From contig JAIVFI010000014.1 of assembly GCA_025558095.1 (NCBI GenBank), positions 434,001 through 498,000 on the forward strand: 64,000 bases of DNA, written 5' to 3'. This stretch comes from Hyaloraphidium curvatum SAG 235-1. Lineage: Eukaryota > Fungi > Monoblepharomycota. Position numbers and translations under genes: made by a program. Below are positions 58,683-64,000 of this stretch, in pieces; position 1 is the stretch's first letter; every line of letters begins with the position of its first letter. The notes beneath the pieces were generated by a model. The model saw only the letters and a program-made list of their open reading frames with translations. It did not search any database and had not been told where the DNA came from.

Positions 58683-59120
58683 TTATACGCCGCGAGGATG
58701 GCTTGACGCAGACACACCCGAAACGTCGTTGTTGAATATGGTGCATTCTTCCATCCGAAATCCGGTGACGGGCGCCGTGGCCGTTCCGACAACGCGAATC
58801 GACGGCAATGTTGAAGACGCCGAGTACGACAGGGTGCACGATACGATCTTTGGGTTTGCCGCCCGGACAATGTCGTAGGTTGGATTGGTCGCGGTGTAAG
58901 ATGTGGTGCAATGCTTGATGGTGACGTTTTGGCAACCGCTGCTGCCGTCGGAAGCGCCCAAACGAACAAATCCGTCGGTGTCCTGAGCGGTGCAGTTGCT
59001 GATGAGAACGTCGCTCGAATCTCCTTGCACGACCGCAAACACCGAGTTGCCCGAGTCCACGGTGCAATTATCAATCACCACGTCGCGACACCCAGAGTAT
59101 ACATTGACCCCGGTGCGTGT
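58683..59120 (-). pseudogene. Fragment of a right-handed beta-helix (pectin-lyase/GH28-like) protein
   Basis: Coil-like repeats GCRDVVIDNCTVDSG, SSDVLISNCTA, GCQNVTIKHCT, VTGFRMEECTI. Confidence 0.55.
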
Positions 59121-59505
59121 ATGCGTGTACCGTCGTTCTTCCAAGAGCAGTTGATGATTTTGACGCCAACGCATTCCCTGTCTTCCATGTCCGTGTATTG
59201 AGTGGCGCAGTGATCAGACGCCCCATAATGTCCTCGGGCGAACCCGTTCCCTCGATCTCCAAGCGACCGCAGATGTCTTCGAGCAATTCGGGGGAGAGCT
59301 GCTCGAGGTACTCTCGTTTCACGGGTTCGAGGCGACGGGATTTCTCCTTGAGCTTCCGAAGCTCGGCAATCAGGTCGGCTTTGCGAGATCCAGTGACGTT
59401 TGGAATATCGTGACGGCCCAGGATCAGACGCAAGTTGGGTTCGTGCAACACATCGGCAAGTATTCCGTGCTCAACGAGCAGTTTGATCTGCCTTGATGGA
59501 TCCAC
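59071..59505 (-). CDS. Small protein with two SAP/HeH-like helical motifs
   Basis: LRLILGRHDIPNVTGSRKADLIAEL and LSPELLEDICGRLEIEGTGSPEDIMGRL. Confidence 0.4.
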   Translation of the reverse strand: MDPSRQIKLLVEHGILADVLHEPNLRLILGRHDIPNVTGSRKADLIAELRKLKEKSRRLEPVKREYLEQLSPELLEDICGRLEIEGTGSPEDIMGRLITAPLNTRTWKTGNALASKSSTALGRTTVHAYTHRGQCILWVSRRGD

Positions 59506-59849
59506 CGTTCTTGGGAGTCGCTGATTCGAAGCCTCTTTATCAGTAAATCAGTGCAGATCATTCGCCAGGGGTATATTTTTGGAGCGTACAACATCAAGAT
59601 CCGATCCATCGCAGCGACACTCTTCGAGGGAAAAGTCAGCAGCCGCTACAGCGCGTAGAATCGGCAACGTCGAGCACACCGTCATTCTTGAGGATCCGCT
59701 TGATGAGCTCCAGTGGTATGCCCTCTTCTGGAAGCCCCATTTCACCCGCACCAGTACACTGGACTGCCCCTTGCCTGCCATCTCCACGCAGCCCTTGCAC
59801 AGAGCCTGTGCCGCTTGCAGGCACTGCGCCAATCGCTCTTGCGGACCGT

Positions 59850-61665
59850 AGCTCGCTCCGTTCTGCGCACATGTCCTCCCCAGCTCTCTCCGGCGGATCC
59901 CATAGGGCGCACCTCACACCCGCGCATCGCAGCAGCGCGCCTCTGCGTCTGCTTGCAGCGGGAGATGCCTCTCGTCGTTGCCGCCGGCCCTTCCATCGTG
60001 CTGTTCCCTCCGATAACGTGGGAGCCTCGTTGAACTCCGGCGTCAGGGGACTTTCGAGGCTATCGAGCTCAATTGGCAGGAAGACTGTAGATAGCGAAGA
60101 TACCTCGTGTTCCGCTGTAGCACAAGGACTCGGCAATCAATCGAGCTACAACCACATTCTTCTCGGCTTCATACTCTCCTGGTCTACCATGGCGGATCGG
60201 TGTAGTTTTCCATGCCAACACCAGTGTCACCCGCTTCCGGTCCCGGGAAAGCCATCATTTGGTACAAGGCTGGGTCCAGCTGCCCCGTCGTCACAGTCGG
60301 AAACGCGGGGTCGGAGAGGGGTTCCACCGCTGTGAAGCCCGGCGCCGCGGACTCGGAGGCGTAGTCCGCAGCCGATTCCGGAGGAGAAAACGACCGGAAG
60401 CTGTGTCCGAACCCTGCGGCGGATGGCTCGGCCATGCCGGCCAGATGCGCAAATTGTGACTCACCTCCGGGTTCGAAAAAGGAGGCCGCCACATACGCAA
60501 AATGAGCTCGAATGTCGGAGCGTGCCCGCCGCAGCGTCAGCTCGTGCAGCGCAAAGCGCTGCTCCCATTCCTGGTGGGAGGGGATCGAAAAATACGCGCT
60601 CTCGATATTGTGCTGCTCCATCTCGGGGAAGTAATCTGCCACGAGCACCCGGAGGCGCTGCTCATCGACGCGCCGCCCCGCCGATGGTGAGATTACGCCG
60701 TCCAGTGGCTCGTTGATCTGGGGAACCAATCCGAATCCGCTCCCTGCAGAGATCGGCGAGTTCACAGGCAGCCCAGGCAGCGCAAAGGCTGGCTGCCCCT
60801 CCACAGTGTGCAGGCCATGGGAGCTGGCGGGCCTGTTGGAGCGAGAGATTGAGTCCAGCGGCGCCGAGCCAACCGACGACCGCGATGACGCTCTCGAGCG
60901 GCTCCGTTTCAGAGAGCCGCCCGAGGTCGAGGAACCGCGGGAGGAGGCGCGGCTTTGCGAGCGCCGGGCTGGTACGGCGTCCTGACTGTCTGGCCCGCCC
61001 AACAGGCGTTCGAAATGGTTGCGCCGGTCCAGCACAACCCGTTGCACTTCGTTCTCAGTAACCTCACTCGGGTTGTCGGGAAAGCCATCGCGGAGGGCGG
61101 TCCTCCATTTGCCCTTGCTCTTTTCGTGCTTGTACGTCACCAGGTGGACCGTTGCGTTGCTGGGGTCAACTGTAGGAGCCCAGTCGCGTTACTATTTTAG
61201 CAAGCAAAGCGAGCGGTCGACTATGACTTGCATTCCGGGAGCTTCAGCACTTTATTGGGGCAGAAGATGTCCCACTCCATCTTCCCGCCCTCATCAGGGA
61301 AAGTGACGTAGTCGTTCTTGTAACGATCAACCAACGCGACGCTTTGGACGCCGAATGCTTTGGCGTCGCGCGGATGACGTAGATAAGCGGCCAGACGAGG
61401 GCGGAGCACGGCGGTGACGGTCAGCACCAGCTCCGCAAGCGCGGCGTCGTTGTCGACGTCGATTTTCAGAAAACGGCCGCCTGGGCCCGCCGACGACTCG
61501 GCCACCGGCGGAGCGGGTCCGGAAGAGAGCGGTGGCGATGAAAGCGCGTCGTGGTCCCGTTGGAGCTCTCCCGCGGGATCGTCAGGGACTCCCCTGCACT
61601 CAGCCATCGCCGTTTCCACCGCGTGGCCGGCAAGCAGGACGGGAGCGGCGCGATGCGGGGACCGG
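59850..61665. repeat. Duplicated block A, copy 2
   Basis: Alignable by eye to 50482-52395. Confidence 0.88.
60184..61607 (-). CDS. Unknown protein, paralogue A2
   Basis: Nearly identical central segment to A1 (EQRLRVLVADYFPEMEQHNIESAYFSIPSH..WEQRFALHEL.LRRARSDIRAHFA). Confidence 0.65.
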
Positions 61666-62503
61666 CTGGAGACGAGGGGCCCCTTTGCATGGGGGCCCGC
61701 GGCATCATCGCGATCGTCCTGCCCGTGTCCCAGCATCACGCGGACTTCACAACGTTCCACTTACAGCAGCCGCAGACCAAGGACTTTCAGCTGTACATTC
61801 CGCGCTCCGGCTTCGCTGACACAGGCCAGTCTATTCGTAACCGCGAAATCACATTGAAGGACGACAACACGTTGAAGGACATTCAATCTCGGAAGCACAC
61901 CCGACCAGATAACTGACGGAGCAGCTTTCTTTCAAGGCAAGTCACCCGAATCGTAGAGTCACTGCATCAGCACGGAATAGTCGGGCAGACCGAGCGCTGG
62001 GAGCCCAACGGGGTCGATGTCGATCCCAAGCCGGTCGGAGAGAGCCCTGCGAGAGCGGAACCGTGTTTTGTGAGAAGGCACTTGCTTTTCGGTGAAACCG
62101 AGCACTGACCCAAAGTCGAAACTGCAGGAGAGATTGCTGACGTCGTCGCCTTCGAGGTCGAGCTGGCCGAGACCCTGCATCAGCCCGCTGGACAGGATCC
62201 AGTCGCCGGCGTCCTCGTCCTCGTCGCCGTCGGCAAAGTCGGCCGGATGCGGCGTCCCGGGTTGCGGAAACAACACGGGGTCGACGGGCTCGCCTGCGAG
62301 AATGGCTCAGCACCCGAGCGTCCGAGGCCGAACCATCTGCCTACCTTGAACCGCGCCGGCTTCAAGGAGCGGGGCAGCCGGGAGGTGCCATGCCGTCGGG
62401 AGGACGCCCACCGGGCCGGGAATCTGGTTGATGAGCGCCCATGTAAAGTCGAACAGAGGCTCGGCCGGGAGCGGGGCCTGCGGCATCTGGTGCTGCGCTG
62501 CGC

Positions 62504-63115
62504 CTACAGGGAGGAGCTGCGGGTGCGGTCAGCAGCTGAACGGGTCCGCGGGCGCCCACAGCACCTGCTGGAGAAACGGGAACGGCACGTTGCCGGCGTT
62601 GAAAGGCGGGTCGACGTCCATGAGGGTGCCGGGGTCGATGGGGATGCCGGGTTCGTTGGGGGGAGGCGGCTCGGCTCCTTCTGGGTGACGAGGGTGATCA
62701 GCGCGGCTCCGGTCCGGACTCGCTCACCAAGCGAACCTTGCTCCGCGCCCTGCTCCGGCACGGCTTGCCCCGGGCCCGCGGGGCACGCTTGCATGAAGTG
62801 CTTAATGAGGTTCGCCACCGTCGTCACCATTGCCCCGCAGTCGGCGCACCGCAGGTGCCGGTGCCTGCCCCGCTGCGCGCAGCGACTCATCAGGGCGGCC
62901 TTCTCGTGATGACCTCTGCCGTGGAGGCGGGCCACCAGGCAGCAGAGCTCGTTCCACAGCCGGGCGCCCAAGGAGTCGTTTTCGAGGACGCGGCGGGCGA
63001 TGAACCTAGCCGCGTGCGGCCCTGTGTCGGGGTTCGGCACAACGCGCGCCCGGACCGGATCCGTCCGCGCGCACGCCTCGGCGTCGGCCAGAGCGCCGTC
63101 CGGGAGCGCCGCCAT
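62504..63115 (-). CDS. Divergent, probably degenerate zinc-finger paralogue (C2HC-like)
   Basis: HRHLRCADCGAMVTTVANLIKHFMQAC compared with NHLKCSKCELEVSTQANLVAHWKKKH. It occupies the same position relative to block B. Confidence 0.45.
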   Translation of the reverse strand: MAALPDGALADAEACARTDPVRARVVPNPDTGPHAARFIARRVLENDSLGARLWNELCCLVARLHGRGHHEKAALMSRCAQRGRHRHLRCADCGAMVTTVANLIKHFMQACPAGPGQAVPEQGAEQGSLGERVRTGAALITLVTQKEPSRLPPTNPASPSTPAPSWTSTRLSTPATCRSRFSSRCCGRPRTRSAADRTRSSSL

Positions 63116-63134
63116 CGTGTCCGATGACCTGTGG

Positions 63135-64000
63135 CGCAGTTGCCGCGCCCGCAGGCATTAGTCCCTCGCCAGAAGTGACTTTGGGAAAGTCACTTCCGCT
63201 CCCGCCGGTCTCACGGGGGTGAAACTTCCCGGGACGGCCGCCCTTCGCCGGCCCTCGAGGCGTCCGATCGGTCCATTCTAGCCAAGATGGCAGCGTCTCC
63301 GGCCCTCCGGGAACGCGCGGGGGGGCTCGGAGGCCCGCGGACCCCGGCGGGGCCGCGCGGCGCGCCCCACGCGGCGGGAACGCGCGGCCGCCGGCATCGC
63401 CCGCCGACGCGGCCGATCGCGAGGCAAAGACGGCAGAGCGGGGCCGAACACGGGGGAAGCGGCGGGATGCATGGTTTGCCGGCGTGGGCCGCCGACGGTT
63501 GTTTGGGCGCGAGTGGTAGTGCGCGATCATTGAGACGCGAGCGCACCTTGGAGCGCGCCCCGTCCAATCGCCACCCGCCCGGCGGCAGCACCGCCGCCGC
63601 GAGTCCGCTGCACGCGGCGGCAGCTGCCGATGCCGATCCACGCGATGCCCGCCGGGATTCGGTGTCGGACCGGGGCGGGGGTCCTTGAAACCTTGAGACC
63701 GTTGAGACGGCCCGGATTGGCCCGGATTCCGGCTCGGCGCCCTCCCTTCCCAGCCACAAGGACCAGACGAACACTGCGTTAGGCCGCCTCTGCAACGCAT
63801 TCAAGCCGAGCCATGGGCAACCCGTTCTCCAAGCCCGCCAGCGACGTCCGCGACGGCATGCGCGGCGCCGGCAGCGAGGCCGCCGGCATCCTCGCGCCCG
63901 AAATCCGCGGCGCCGTATCCACCTTGGCCGCCGCCATGCGGGACGGCTTCGCCGCCCTCACAAGCTTCAGCACCGTTCTCGCCAAGATGGGCGGTGACGC
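63135..64000. repeat. Duplicated block B, copy 2 (runs off the window end)
   Basis: Offset of about 6693-6695 bp from copy 1. Confidence 0.95.
63813..64000 (+). CDS. Second copy of the MGNPFS amphipathic-repeat gene (partial)
   Basis: Appears identical to 57120-57307. Confidence 0.6.
   Translation, partial: MGNPFSKPASDVRDGMRGAGSEAAGILAPEIRGAVSTLAAAMRDGFAALTSFSTVLAKMGGD

Overview
This is GC-rich eukaryotic DNA with short introns and a fungal-type gene set. It is probably an early-diverging chytrid- or monoblepharid-like fungus, which is an inference. Bases 1-34 kb are gene-dense housekeeping sequence: REV3 (partial), a ZUP1/Mug105 deubiquitinase, EDE1, a SET protein, DnaJ, a CaM kinase, a DUF4200-like coiled coil, TANGO2, HSP20, two head-to-head glutathione peroxidases, an RNR small-subunit homologue that has lost its iron ligands and radical Tyr, a stand-alone Pol-beta 8-kDa-domain protein, an SDR, taspase, fibrillarin, a TPR protein, TRR1 and CMC4. 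At about 34.6 kb an intron-containing tRNA-Ser(CGA) gene has a duplicated 5' half upstream. Downstream is a 3.2-kb array of about 21 near-identical 148-bp units, each carrying a degenerate copy of that tRNA's 3' end. Beyond the array the sequence is mostly accessory. It holds a ~3-kb uninterrupted orphan ORF with UDG-fold-like, Zn-binding and PIP-like motifs, followed by a GTGACTTT/AAAGTCAC repeat and palindrome cluster. It also has disrupted F-box-like and MYND genes, RRN10-like and HAPSTR1-like genes, and a tandemly duplicated multi-gene module (from ~50.5 kb and from ~59.85 kb) with very uneven divergence and the same palindrome motif. All calls come from reading motifs by eye; no database searches were run, and exon boundaries are approximate.
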